DNA of 64,000 nucleotides from Anthoceros angustus (GCA_010909165.1 VJWM01000019.1:1240001-1304000), one strand, 5' to 3'. Positions 24,246 to 37,376 are shown, numbered from the stretch's first letter. The notes: generated by a model not told the origin, from the sequence alone. Program-made: numbers and translations.

Positions 24246-27200
24246 ATGATCATCGCTGTGAGTGAATACCCACAGCTCCAGCAACAGCCTAGGTGGCTCA
24301 GGCAATGCCTTTGGAGGCATGGCCTGAGCAGGCTAACATGCTGCTGCGTCACTGGCAGGCCTCAGCAGAATGAGTCTTTCTGGACGGCGCTGATATCGCA
24401 GAAGACCAGGTGCGGGAAAGGTGCTGAGGCTCTCAGCTTGTATGAGCTGATGCAGAAGGAAGGAGTGGAACTAGGGCCACACACATTCATAGCTCTCCTG
24501 AAGGCATGCAGCAGGGAGGATCTGAAAAGCGTGAAGCAAATTCATGCAGACCTGGTCAGACGTGGCTTGGACGCAGATCTATATGTGGGCACCATGCTAG
24601 TGAATGCTTACAAAAAATGTGGCAGCCTGGAGAATGCCAAGCGGGTGTTTGAGGAAATGCCTGACCGGGATGTGGTTTCGTGGACTGCCATGATCTCGGG
24701 GTATGCCCAGATGGGGAAGGGTGAAGAGGCTTTGAAGTTGTACGCACGAATGCTGCAGGAAGGAGTGGTCCCCGATGCCCAAGGGTATGTTGGTGCGCTG
24801 AAGGCTTGCAGTGTGGTTGCGGAATCAGGGGAGAGAGGTGTCACGGATACAGTGCCGGGGAAGAAACAGTGCCTGGAGACTGTCAGAGCCATCCACAGGG
24901 ACATTCGGAAGGGGAAGCTGCAGGGGAATGTTTTTGTGGGGAACATGCTAGTCGAGGCATACGCAAAATGTGCGAGCTTGGAAGATGCAAGGCAGGTGTT
25001 TGAGACAATGCGTCACCGTGATGTGGTTTCGTGGAATTGCATGATCCTGGGGTACTCCCGCATGGATAAGGGTGAAGAGGCGCTGCTACTGTACAGACGG
25101 ATGCAACGAGAAGGCGTGGTACCTGATGATCGATCACATATCGGTGCTCTAAAAGCTTGCATTGCCATGGCAGGGATGGCTGACAGAACTGCTGAAGATG
25201 GAGAACGTGTGAAACAACAAAGCCTGGAAACAGTGAGAGCTATCCACAAAGACGTGGGCAAGAAACAGGCTGAGCGTAACGTGTTTCTGGGGAACACGCT
25301 ACTGGATGCGTATGCAAAATGTGGGAGCCTGGAGGATGCTAGGCAGGTGTTTGACAGAATGCCTCACCGTGATGTAGTCTCCTGGAACTCGATGATGTCA
25401 GGGTACAGCGAGATGCACAAGGGTGAAGAAGCTCTGCTATTGTACACACGGCTGCAACGGGCAGGCGTGGCACCAGACCAACGCACATACGCTGCAGCAC
25501 TCAAGGCTTGCATTGCCATCGCCGAGTTGATGGAGAGAAATGGCAGTGATGCAGCAGCTGTGAGAAAGCGATGCCTGCAAACTCTCAGAGCTATCCATGC
25601 AGCTGCTGCGAAGGGAACCTCCGGGCTCGACATCCGCTTAGGAACCATGCTAGTGGACGCGTATGCAAAATGCGGGAGCTTGGAGGATGCCAAGCAGGTG
25701 TTTGACAAGCTCCCTCGCCAGGATGTGGTTTCCTGGACGACCATGATCTTGGGCTACTCCCAGATGGGTAAGGGCGAAGAGGCTCTGCAAATGTACAAAC
25801 TGATGCGACAGAAAGGAGTGGTTCCCGACACCCGTGCGTATGTCGGGGCTCTCAAGGCTTGCAGCACTCTTGCAGACTCCGGGGACTCCAGGAACGGCAG
25901 CAACAGCCAACCACTCAGGAAACAAACCACCCTGGCCACTGTGGAAGCCATCCACGCAGACCTTGCAACGACAGCCACTGACCTGGACGTATTCGTCGCA
26001 ACAATGCTGGTGGACGCATATGCGAAATGCGGAAGTCTCGATCACGCCAGGCATGTGTTCGACAGAATGCCTCACCGTGATGTGGCCTCCTGGAACGCAA
26101 TGATCCTTGCTTACAGCCAGGCGGCCGCAGCTGAAGAGGCCCTCAACTATACACCATCATGCAGCAGCAAGGCGTGGCACCAAACGACCGAACGTACGTC
26201 GCCGTCCTCAACGCCTGCAGCAGCCTGGCAGCACTGGACAAGGGGAGGCACATCCATACCCGGATCATCAAATCCGGCCTGGAATCCTCTCCCTTCATAG
26301 CAGCCAGTCTGATCGAAATGTACTCCAAGTGCTCCAGCATGGCGGACGCCCGACAGGTCTTCGACTCCATGCCCGTCAGGGACATCGTGCCATGGAACTC
26401 CCTCATCCTCGGACACGCCTGCCAAGGAGACAGCCAACTCGTCTTCCACCTCTTCCACCAGATGCAGCAGGACGGCATCCAGCCAGACGAAGTCACATTC
26501 ATCGGCCTCCTCCTCGTCTGCAGCCACGCGGGTCTGGTGGCCGCAGGCCAGCACCACTTCCACGCCATGACCAGAGACTTCCACATCACCCCCAACATCC
26601 AACACTACAACTGCCTGGTGGACCTCCTCGCCCGAGCCGGCGAACTCCGCAAGGCCATGGAGATTCTCCACACCATGCCCTTCCTCCCGACCCTCCGGCT
26701 GGAAATCCGTCCTCGCCGCCTGCCAGAAATGGGGATCCGTCGAGCTCGGGAGGCAGGCATTCGAATCCCTAATCCGCCTGGACCAGCACGACGCTGCGGC
26801 GTACATCCTCATGTCCAACATCTACGCCGCCAACGCCATGCGGGAGCTTGGAGGATGCCAACAGGTGTTTGACAAGCTCCCTCGCCAGGATGTGGTTTCC
26901 TGGACGACCATGATCTTGGGCTACTCCCAGATGGGTAAGGGCGAAGAGGCTCTGCAAATGTACAAACTGATGCGACAGAAAGGAGTGGTTCCCGACACCC
27001 GTGCGTATGTCGGGGCTCTCAAGGCTTGCAGCACTCTTGCAGACTCCGGGGACTCCAGGAACGGCAGCAACAGCCAACCACTCAGGAAACAAACCACCCT
27101 GGCCACTGTGGAAGCCATCCACGCAGACCTTGCAACGACAGCCACTGACCTGGACGTATTCGTCGCAACAATGCTGGTGGACGCATATGCGAAATGCGGA

Positions 27201-28265
27201 AGTCTCGATCACGCCAGGCATGTGTTCGACAGAATGCCTCACCGTGATGTGGCCTCCTGGAACGCAATGATCCTTGCTTACAGCCAGGCGGCCGCAGCTG
27301 AAGAGGCCCTCCAACTATACACCATCATGCAGCAGCAAGGCGTGGCACCAAACGACCGAACGTACGTCGCCGTCCTCAACGCCTGCAGCAGCCTGGCAGC
27401 ACTGGACAAGGGGAGGCACATCCATACCCGGATCATCAAATCCGGCCTGGAATCCTCTCCCTTCATAGCAGCCAGTCTGATCGAAATGTACTCCAAGTGC
27501 TCCAGCATGGCGGACGCCCGACAGGTCTTCGACTCCATGCCCGTCAGGGACATCGTGCCATGGAACTCCCTCATCCTCGGACACGCCTGCCAAGGAGACA
27601 GCCAACTCGTCTTCCACCTCTTCCACCAGATGCAGCAGGACGGCATCCAGCCAGACGAAGTCACATTCATCGGCCTCCTCCTCGTCTGCAGCCACGCGGG
27701 TCTGGTGGCCGCAGGCCAGCACCACTTCCACGCCATGACCAGAGACTTCCACATCACCCCCAACATCCAACACTACAACTGCCTGGTGGACCTCCTCGCC
27801 CGAGCCGGCGAACTCCGCAAGGCCATGGAGATTCTCCACACCATGCCCTTCCCTCCCGACCCCTCCGGCTGGAAATCCGTCCTCGCCGCCTGCCAGAAAT
27901 GGGGATCCGTCGAGCTCGGGAGGCAGGCATTCGAATCCCTAATCCGCCTGGACCAGCACGACGCTGCGGCGTACATCCTCATGTCCAACATCTACGCCGC
28001 CAACGCCATGCCGGAGCAGGCCGCGGGCATCCAGGCAAGGAGACGGAAATCTGGAGCACGGAAGGATCCGGGAAGGAGCTGCTGGATGGACGACAGCGGG
28101 CAGGCGCATGCATTCGTAGCCGGGGCCGGGATGGCTTGCAGACGAGAAAGGAGTCGTGAATCGCACCCGGTCCGGGGCGCGAGAGGCCAGGGAGCGAACG
28201 CTCCTCCGATTCACGATCCGACTCGTCAAGAAGCTGTTGGTGCAATGATGCCTCGGTGGGGCTGA
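24246..28265 (+). CDS. PLS-class PPR protein (E type, truncated PG box), interrupted by a tandem duplication and frameshifts
   Basis: ORFs 24246-26300, 26159-26872 and 26811-28265 all carry PLS/E motifs. The last ends KDPGRSCWMDDSGQAHAFVAG followed by unrelated sequence. Confidence 0.88.
25672..28017 (+). repeat. ~1.17-kb tandem duplication within the PPR gene
   Basis: 25672-26840 matches 26838-28017; identical ORF-track peptides occur at offset 1167 (25834/27001, 25754/26921). Confidence 0.95.
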
Positions 28266-28424
28266 CAAGGACCGGTCAGGCCTGCTCGCGTCCCCTCCCT
28301 GCCTCCGTCGCGAGACACTGCGCCGGGTGGCGCGCGAGCAAGAAGCGCCATAGCTGGCTGTGCCAGGCTTCACGCTCCGCTCAGAGCGTTCATCGCTTTC
28401 ACGCTCCGAGGAGCTTTCACGGCG

Positions 28425-29495
28425 ATGGCGATGGCGTCGAGCTCGGCGGCCTTGGCGCGGCTGCAGGCGGACGTTGGGAAGGCGTTGAGGAGCGGGGAGC
28501 AATGGCCGGGTGGAGGCGGGGCGCCGCGGAGCGTGAAGGTGCGGGGCCGGGGCTGGGGCGGCTCTGGAGCTGGAGCCCGAGTGCAGGCGCAGATGCGGGC
28601 CCGGCGGTCGGGTGCGAGCTCGGGGCGGACGAGTTTCGGGAGCCGCGGGCTCACAGGGGACAGGTCTCCGCTTTCAGTAGCGCCGGCGGTGCCGTCCGAG
28701 CAGCAGGAGCAGGCGGCGCAGGGAGCGGAGTCCGGTGCGGAGGGCCAGAGCGCGGCGGCGTACAGGGTGTCGTTCGCGTTAGGGCCGGGGCCGGTGGCAA
28801 ACAGGAGCGGGGAGGAGGGCCTGGGGAGGAGAAGGAGCGGGAGGTGGGAGGAGGGGGAGGATTTGGAGGCGGCGGTGGCGGTGACGGGGAAGGAGGAGGA
28901 GGCGGCGGCGGCGGCGGCGAGGAGGAGGAGGGGGCGAGGAGGAGGAAGAGAAGGAGCGCGGGATGTCTGTCTCGCAGAGGCTCACCCTGGCGTACGCGGG
29001 GGTGGTGGGAGGTGAGCTGCTTTTGCTGGTCTCTGATGTGGTGCCGTGGTTGGATTTGCGGCCGGGCTGATGGGAGGCTTGCTGGTGCAGCTGGTGGCTT
29101 GATGGGGTATCTCAAGAGCGGGAGCACCAAGTCCCTGGTGTCGGGGCTGGCTTCCGCCGGGGTTTTGTTGTATGTGTATACGCAGCTGCCGGTGAACCCG
29201 GTCTTCGCATCGTCGATTGGGCTTGGTGAGTGGGGGCTTTGCGCGATCGCGTGTTTGTGTGTCCTCCGTGTTGCTGTTAGCGGTGCTGATGTTGTATTTG
29301 GACGGTTCGGAATTCTGAGCGGTTTTGGTCCTGGATTTGGCAGGAGTGTCAGTTGCTCTTCTCACTGTAATGGGGACCCGGTTTCGGAGTTCTGGGAAGG
29401 TCATGCCTGCTGGAGTGGTCGCTCTGCTTTCTTTCATAATGTCCGGCGGGTATGTGCACGGGATCATCCGGAGTGCACATTCAGCTTCCGCCTGA
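28425..29495 (+). CDS. Fatty acid export / TMEM14 family protein, chloroplastic (FAX2-like); two apparent frameshifts in the Gly-rich linker
   Basis: Transit peptide, Gly-rich linker, then GMSVSQRLTLAYAGVVG|AGGLMGYLKSGSTKSL..YVYTQLPVNPVFASSIGL|..MGTRFRSSGKVMPAGVVALLSFIMSGGYVHGIIRS. Confidence 0.85.
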
Positions 29496-30342
29496 GTTGA
29501 GCGGCCATGGAGTTGATTCAGAACTGATCCAGGATGCCCTCTGTACTCATCCTACATTCTGCATTATGCGCTGCTTCAGCTGAAAATAGTCTTCAGGGTT
29601 TTTGCAGGGTGAGTAATCTGAGAATTGTAATTGCAGGGCTTTCGCCCTTAATATCAGGTATATATTTGTAAGCAGATGCAACAATTTTGTACAACTTAGA
29701 GCATGGCAGTTCTGTTGGCTTTTTGACGTTCTTTGAGCAATGGCCGGGTTTAAATCAAAAAGCTAAGAGAACTGCCATGCTCTACGCAAACAAAACGAAT
29801 TGTCCCGCGCTGCCTCCGGCTCATGCACAGAAAACAGAAAATGGAATGCTTTGCCCAGCTTGAAGATTGTTCAGTTTCAGAAGGAAATGCAAACAAACTT
29901 CAAAACCAAGGTCGCTAAATGCGTCTACCAGTCAAAAAAGGGGAACCGATCAGTCGTGCAAATTGTTAAACGGTTACAAGAACCGTCATATCCTGCAGTA
30001 ACATAGTTTCCCACAAGCCTCTGCAAATTCGAGTGTGCGACACAAGATTTGTGTGGCACCTCACATCATACGGATTTACTGTTTTCTTGTTTGCCAGAAA
30101 AGCAACCAACGAATTTCAGCAGCAAAGGCAGCCCTAGCCCTAGCCTCCAAGCAAACAAACTGGAAAGCTAGTCTCCAACAATCTTTCCAGCAGCTAGCAA
30201 AGGAGTTGCAAGTTTTTCATAGCAAAGAACAGAACGGACAATAAGGAACAACACAGCCGATAGATTCCCAAAGGAGTGGTGGTGTTCAAAAAACACCATG
30301 AAATCGACAGAAGCCGAGGAATCAATCGCAGCCCCACTCCGC

Positions 30343-30672
<330 letters not shown>

Positions 30673-32189
30673 TTACACTGGACCACGACGTCAAGCAAAA
30701 TTGAGGACTGTCACCCAGCTCTCCGCTCTCCCGCTTGCGGGCCTGCCGCGATCTACTAGTAAGAGGCAGACAGCTCAAGGAGACGAGAGAACGACGAGAA
30801 TCGGAGTAGCTCCCGGAAACGAGGCAACGCGCAGGAATGAGAATGTCGCCTTCCGCATCGTCTATTTATTCACAACAGGATCAAAGGGGTCGGGGCCGGC
30901 CCGGGTAGCAATGGAACCTTACTGCGACGTTTGAACGGCCGATTCCCGCGCCCACGCTCATTCAAAAGTTCGAAACTTTTGAACTCGCCGCGGGCTACAC
31001 ACCCATATGCTTCGCGTAACATACATACCTATATAAATGTATATGCTGTATTGAATATACATATCTACAGAGATATACAGGATAGATATATAATAAAACA
31101 ATACAAACAATTCTGTTTTGAGAGGTAAAATTGTATTTTATTTTTTTCATAATTATTTACATGCCTTAATAGCTCCAAAACAAGGGAATGTGACATGGCC
31201 TATCACAGCAGCAATTTGTCGCAATGGGCTTTCACAGGAAAAATAATTTTTTTAAATAATAAATTGATATTCTCATATTACAAATGGTCTAGTTTTTTTT
31301 CTTTTTGATTTTTAGTGCTGCTTGAAGAAAAGCACGAAAAACATATGGTACTCTTCGCATGAGTTCTTCTAAGAAATCCCAATGAAGCACCCCTAGGATG
31401 TACCTTCTCTCCAAGATCATGGAATGCTAAACATCTCAAAATGAAGCGTTTCTCGTCCTATCTTGCTAGTGAGGCATTGATGACATATTCTCACGGTTTT
31501 TTTCGTCTCGCTACATTGTTCCATCTAGATTTTCAAGAACATCAATTATTGGCGACGATTATTGGCGACGAGGTTGTATGTCAACATTGATGTAACACTG
31601 CATGTTGTATTCCTTCCTTGCCTTATCTTTAAAATAGATTCATATATTCTTTATTACTACACTTCTTTAATTTATACATATTGATTATATATTAATAATA
31701 TTGATTTTAAAGAAAATTAATAATTATTAATTATTATAACTAATATAGTATGGTTTATTGTTCCAAAAAATCTAATGCATGAAGTGAAATTTACTCATGG
31801 CCATAGGAATCCAAATAAAACATCAAATGTATACTACATCAAAACTTATCAGACAAATGCTTTATATAATAAGTATAAAGCATCAAATGTACATTAGATC
31901 AAAACTGACCACAAAGAAGATTTATAGAAAAATCACCTATGGTTATAAAAATATATCGTCTCAAATATCATTCAGATGGAAATCCTAGGGTAAAGTGGAA
32001 GGAATTGGCTTAGCCATAAGATCTAAAATAGAAGAACCACTAGTAGTAGATTAATACCATCATTTGGTAGTTAAAGTTTTAGCGAATTAGAAGACTTTAT
32101 ACATATTTCAAACCATACACCGAAATCCCACATTGGGATTTTTGATCTGGAGTAATCCTATATAGCACTAACATCTAAGCAACCCATAG

Positions 32190-34300
32190 GGCACTAACAA
32201 CTAGTAGCCTCGTGCACACTATGTAGACGTAGATGAGGGCACGATGTTTTTAGCAGGTAGCCTCGTATGGCCATGAACCTGGGATGGGTGGCACCCCATC
32301 CAAGAGGGCATGATGTTTTTAATAGATGGCCTTGTAGGGTCATAAGCCGGGATGGGTGACAATCCAATGGGTATTGATCCATTAGAAGGAAAAGGGGAGA
32401 CTTTATGTAGAAAGATAAGACATGGAAAAAACACCATTACTGATCCATTAGAAAGACGCACGCTGAACCATGGAGTTCCAATGAACTCATGTCTTGATGC
32501 CACATGACACTCCTTGAAGGAGGACTTAAGATCGTTTTTAACTCTAAATATTATAATATATATACTTAAATCCCATGAAAAGGAAATGCAAGAGTTGAAG
32601 CCGGCCTATATGTCTAGTCCTCTTATTAGACAAGAATTTGACTTCATACTTTTCTCTCGTCTTTGGAGAAAATTGCTTTCGGCTATTTCAATTGTTGCAA
32701 TAGCAGACCTAGAGACAGTAGTGTGAGCTCCAAGGTTCCAGTCGTGTGTATGTTCGTGCCATGGTGTGAGTGGAAACCTATTCATTGTATGTCTACGCCG
32801 TATCTTGAAGGTAGTTGTGCTTGAGGCGCCTTGTCTACATTCAGAGCCCGGCTTAGCCTATCGTTGGTTTCTTGTTCCATGTACGCTTTCTAGCATGTGA
32901 CTTGAGCTAGATACTGAACCCGGCTTAGCCTATCGTTGGTTTCTTGTTCCATGTACGCTTTCTAGCATGTGACTTGAGCTAGATACTGAACAATTAACGC
33001 CTTGTGATGTGAATGTATTCTTGCTTTGTGTATGCCCCAGTAGTCGTGAGACTTGAGCTAGACACTGAACAACTAACATGATGTGAACCTATTCTTGCTT
33101 TGTGTATGCCCTAGTTCCCGCTCGCCATCATTTGCCCAGTCCTGGTTCACCGTTCCATGTACACCGTTCCATGTACACTTTCTAGCCGTGTAACTTGAGC
33201 TAGAGACTGAATAACTAATGCATTGTGATGTGAATGTACTCTTGCTTTGTGTATGCCCTAGTTCCCCGCCATCATCTCGCGCCTAATGTGTACAACGACA
33301 ATCGCATAGCCATACTGCGGTGTGGATCGAGGTTGCCTCGAGCAGCTATACATGGTGTGAGGTTGCCTCGAGCAGCCTATACATGGGTAGGGTGTGAGGT
33401 TGCCTAGGGCACATGGGTAGGGTGTGAGGTTGCCTGGCGGCCCTATACATGGGTAGGGTGACCGGTGAACTTGCGACCCTTTGCACTCAAGGTGGCCCCT
33501 CTTGGAGCCGACATGGGTAGGGTGACCCGGTGAACTTGCAACACTTGCCCCGCACTGTCACCCAAGAAGAAACCAAGCAAACTTGGCTACTTATAATAGC
33601 CAAGTTTGCTACAGTTGCTAGTTGCATTCTTTTTAGAAAGCATGATTTTTTTATGATCAGCTTCTTCTATGGCAATACGAGCAGGATGCAAGGATGGCTG
33701 TAAGTTTAACTTGTCACCAATGTTCCTAGGCCTATACATGTCTCTACTTGTGGTATTTTCAATTGAGTTTACAATGTCATGAGCATGGTTTCGCGGCTCT
33801 GGATAATGCTCTCTGATTAATAGCCGCCTAGTTAAGGCGACCCTGCGGGATATATAAGGGCGAGAGCAAGGGCTTTGAGTAATCGTCATCATTATCATCA
33901 TTCAGTTCATGATGCGCTACAAGCCTTGCGTTGAGAGCTGTGGAGAGCCTAGCTAGTGAACTCGTCGTTGTTAGCTAGTGAACTCGTCGTTGAGTCAAGG
34001 GTAGTGGCTAGTTGTGCGTAGATAGTCAGACTCAAGTGTGTATTCCATCAATAAAGAGCAGCACCTCGAGGAGGTGACATAAAGAGCAGCACCTCGAGGA
34101 GGTGGCATAAAGAGCCAGCACCTCGAGGAGGTGGCGTGCAAGTCGTCAGTTGACAGCGAGCTACTTGGAGCCTAGTGCTGCGGGCCTGCGAGTCATCCGT
34201 TGACGGCAAGCTACTTGGAGCCTAGTGCTGCATTGTGAGGTTGAGAGCACGGCGAGTTGTTCAAGTCTCTGTGTGGAATGAATTGGCGAGGTACTAGACT
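32190..34300. mobile_element. Degenerate TE/LTR-like relic built from short tandem duplications
   Basis: Many local direct repeats (71-bp pair at 32847-32990, ACATGGGTAGGGTG x4, ATAAAGAGCAGCACCTCGAGGAGGTG x3) and a TATA-like GATATATAAGGG near 33850. No coding domain recognised. Confidence 0.4.
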
Positions 34301-34301
34301 G

Positions 34302-34900
34302 CTGGGAAGCCAACACTTGCCACTTCCTTATCGGCTGCGTAGTGAGAGACCTAGGAAGCCAGCACTTACAGCTTCCTTGCCACTTCCTTACTGGCTGCGT
34401 AGTGAGGGACCTGGGAAGCCAGCACTTGCAGCTTCCTTGCCACTACCTTAGAGACCTGGGAAGCCAGCACTTACAGCTTCCTTGTCACTTCCTTACTGGC
34501 TGCGTAGTGAGGGACCTGGTAAGCTAGCACTTGCAGCTTCCTTGCCACTACCTTGCCGCGTGGTGAGGGACCTGGTAGCACTTGCGACTTCCTTGCCACT
34601 ACCTTAGAGACTGGAAGCCAAGACTTACATGCCTTCCTTGTCACTTCCTTACTGGCTGCGTAGTGAGGGACCTGGTAAGCTAGCACTTGCAGCTTCCTTG
34701 CCACTACCTTACCGGCTGCGTAGTGAGGGGCCTGGGAAGCCGGCTGCGTAGGGAGGGGCCTGGGAAGCCAACACTTGCCTACGTAGGGGGGGGCCTGGGA
34801 AGCCAACACTTGCCTACGTAGTGAGGGGCCTGGGCAGCCGGCTGCGTAGGGAGGGGCCTGGGAAGCCAACACTTGCCGCTTCCTTACCAGTTGCGTATTG
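34302..34900. repeat. Satellite of ~60-bp units (CTGGGAAGCCAGCACTTGCAGCTTCCTTGCCACTTCCTTACTGGCTGCGTAGTGAGGGAC) and deletion derivatives
   Basis: Units visible at 34351, 34411 and onward; partly recopied at 35525-35800. Confidence 0.9.
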
Positions 34901-36430
34901 AGAAGCGTTACGTTACTGTGACACCCATTACTACCAATGGGTTTCTACGGTCTAAGACCTTTGACAACCCTTTTTCATACGTCAACTTTCCCAGGAAAAG
35001 GTCTTGGGGCATATGGGTGGCCGTTCCAAGTTTCATTTAGCTTCGGGATGGGCAACTCCTCCTTTTATGCATCAAAAGGAGGAAAAGCTTTTTCCGTGTC
35101 TTATCAATGTGAACAAAAGCATTCTACGCAAGTTACCTGGGAATCAGTATATTCAAAGTAAAGGTCCACCAGTTTGATTTCGTCGTTTGATTTTTTCCAA
35201 AGGCTCCCAGACATCCTTGGGTTTACCAACCTCAAAGCCTTGAAGTTTCACACGTGCACTTCCAAGGTTCTCGTCCCCAAACCAGTCCGCATCATAGCAC
35301 CTCAGCTTTAAATATTCTCCAATTACCTCGTGGAACTCCAAGCTTTGGTTCCCCACTGGGTTGAGGTCTTCATTGACAGTTTTAGTTTTCCTGACAATCT
35401 GATCCACCCCAACAAAGCTACCAACATCTGAATGATTTTTGTCTCATCCAAGTCAGATCTAGTACAACCATAAGCCTGCCAACCCCAGGAACCACAAAAC
35501 GAACCATCACGAGACAGTTGTGCTTAGAGACTGGAAGCCAGCACTTCTGCCTTCCTTGTCACTTCGGGCTGCGTAGTGAGGGACCTGTAAGCTAGCACTT
35601 GCAGCCTTGCCACTACCTTACCGGCGTGAGTGAGGCCTGGGAAGCCGGCTGCGTAGGGAGGCCTGGAAGCCAACACTTGCCTACGTAGGGGGCCTGGGAA
35701 GCCAACACTTGCCTACGTAGTGAGGGGCCTGGGCAGCCGGCTGCGTAGGGAGGGGCCTGGGAAGCCAACACTTGCCGCTTCCTTACCAGTTGCGTATTGA
35801 GAAGCGTTACGTTACTGTGACACCCATTACTACCAATGGGTTTCTACGGTCTAAGACCTTTGACAACCCTTTTTCATACGTCAACTTTCCCAGGAAAAGG
35901 TCTTGGGGCATATGGGTGGCCGTTCCAAGTTTCATTTAGCTTCGGGATGGGCAACTCCTCCTTTTATGCATCAAAAGGAGGAAAAGCTTTTTCCGTGTCT
36001 TATCAATGTGAACAAAAGCATTCTACGCAAGTTACCTGGGAATCAGTATATTCAAAGTAAAGGTCCACCAGTTTGATTTCGTCGTTTGATTTTTTCCAAA
36101 GGCTCCCAGACATCCTTGGGTTTACCAACCTCAAAGCCTTGAAGTTTCACACGTGCACTTCCAAGGTTCTCGTCCCCAAACCAGTCCGCATCATAGCACC
36201 TCAGCTTTAAATATTCTCCAATTACCTCGTGGAACTCCAAGCTTTGGTTCCCCACTGGGTTGAGGTCTTCATTGACAGTTTTAGTTTTCCTGACAATCTG
36301 ATCCACCCCAACAAAGCTACCAACATCTGAATGATTTTTGTCTCATCCAAGTCAGATCTAGTACAACCATAAGCCTGCCAACTCCCAGGAACCACAAAAA
36401 CGAACCATCACGAGACAGTTGTGCTTAAGA
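34603..36430. repeat. ~0.9-kb tandem duplication (satellite plus C2 pseudogene fragment)
   Basis: Identical ORFs at 34937/35836 and 35153/36052 (offset 899). Confidence 0.95.
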
Positions 36431-37350
36431 GACCTTTACACGAGGAAGCTTTCCAGCATGATCATGGCTACCCACAGAGAGACTGACCTTTCCATAATGA
36501 AGCTTGAGGTAAGGATCACTTTTCCATGTTTTGTCCATGGGAGCAAGATTGCGGCCTTCAACAGCTGTGATTCGAATTATCCTGCCACGCACAGATGGCA
36601 CACTTGATAGGCAGCCAATCATCGACTGCTGCAGAGAAGAGGCTGATGGGGTGTAATTTGCTATAGCTTTCGAACCGTCTGCAAACTGCCACTCCTTCAA
36701 AACCAACCATACAATCACCTGCCAAGAACCCCCATTTGGGAGCAGTAAGTGTCATTCTCACTGTCAGTTACTAAATGTGCCGGATGCCTCCTCCAAGTTG
36801 GATGCAATCTAGAAGCAAGAACCATTACCTCTCCTGAGTCAGCAGGTTCAAATGGAACTGTCATTATGACTTCTTTCCCACTGTTCCGCAAGAGCTGCTA
36901 CTATGCCACCGTCAGCACCATTGGCCCAGAAAATTGTTGGATCGTCATCAACGTATCTCATCTACATCTAAGCAAAAGGGTTTGAAAGTCTATGGGTATC
37001 CTGTCTCTACTGCCAAGATCTATTGCACCTTACTGCTGAGAGCATCTGCATTAATGATTAGGAGATGTGTTCACTTCCACCTGACGGCTGGAAGCTCTGT
37101 TGCAGACTTCACCTCTGGTATGGTCCAGAAAGAGTATAACACAGCCACAACCCGTGCAACAATCCAGCCTTGTGAATTCACCGTTCCAAAAATGCAACGG
37201 CTCGGAGATCCGACTGATTCTCCAAACTAAACCCAACAAGAACCATCTCCTCACGATGCAGAATCGGTCCTGGCAACAGGTGCAGTTACAGCGAATCCTG
37301 CCTGGAGAATAAGTCCCCACATTCCTGCTAAGCACCTTTCTTGTAGTTGC
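35095..37350 (-). pseudogene. Inverted, internally deleted copy of the SMP-C2 gene at 41.5-45.1 kb
   Basis: The reverse complement matches parent 41500-41720, 43345-43447 and ~44000-45130, introns included. It has frameshifts and substitutions (DKTWKSDPY vs DKTGKSDPY; NPVGNQS vs NPVWNQS). Confidence 0.9.
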
Positions 37351-37376
37351 TGTGTCTGCTGTGGAGGATTTCTTCA

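Noticed and set aside
28256-29500. 414-aa ORF as the FAX product
   Set aside because: It reads through introns; only the Gly linker and one exon are in the FAX frame.
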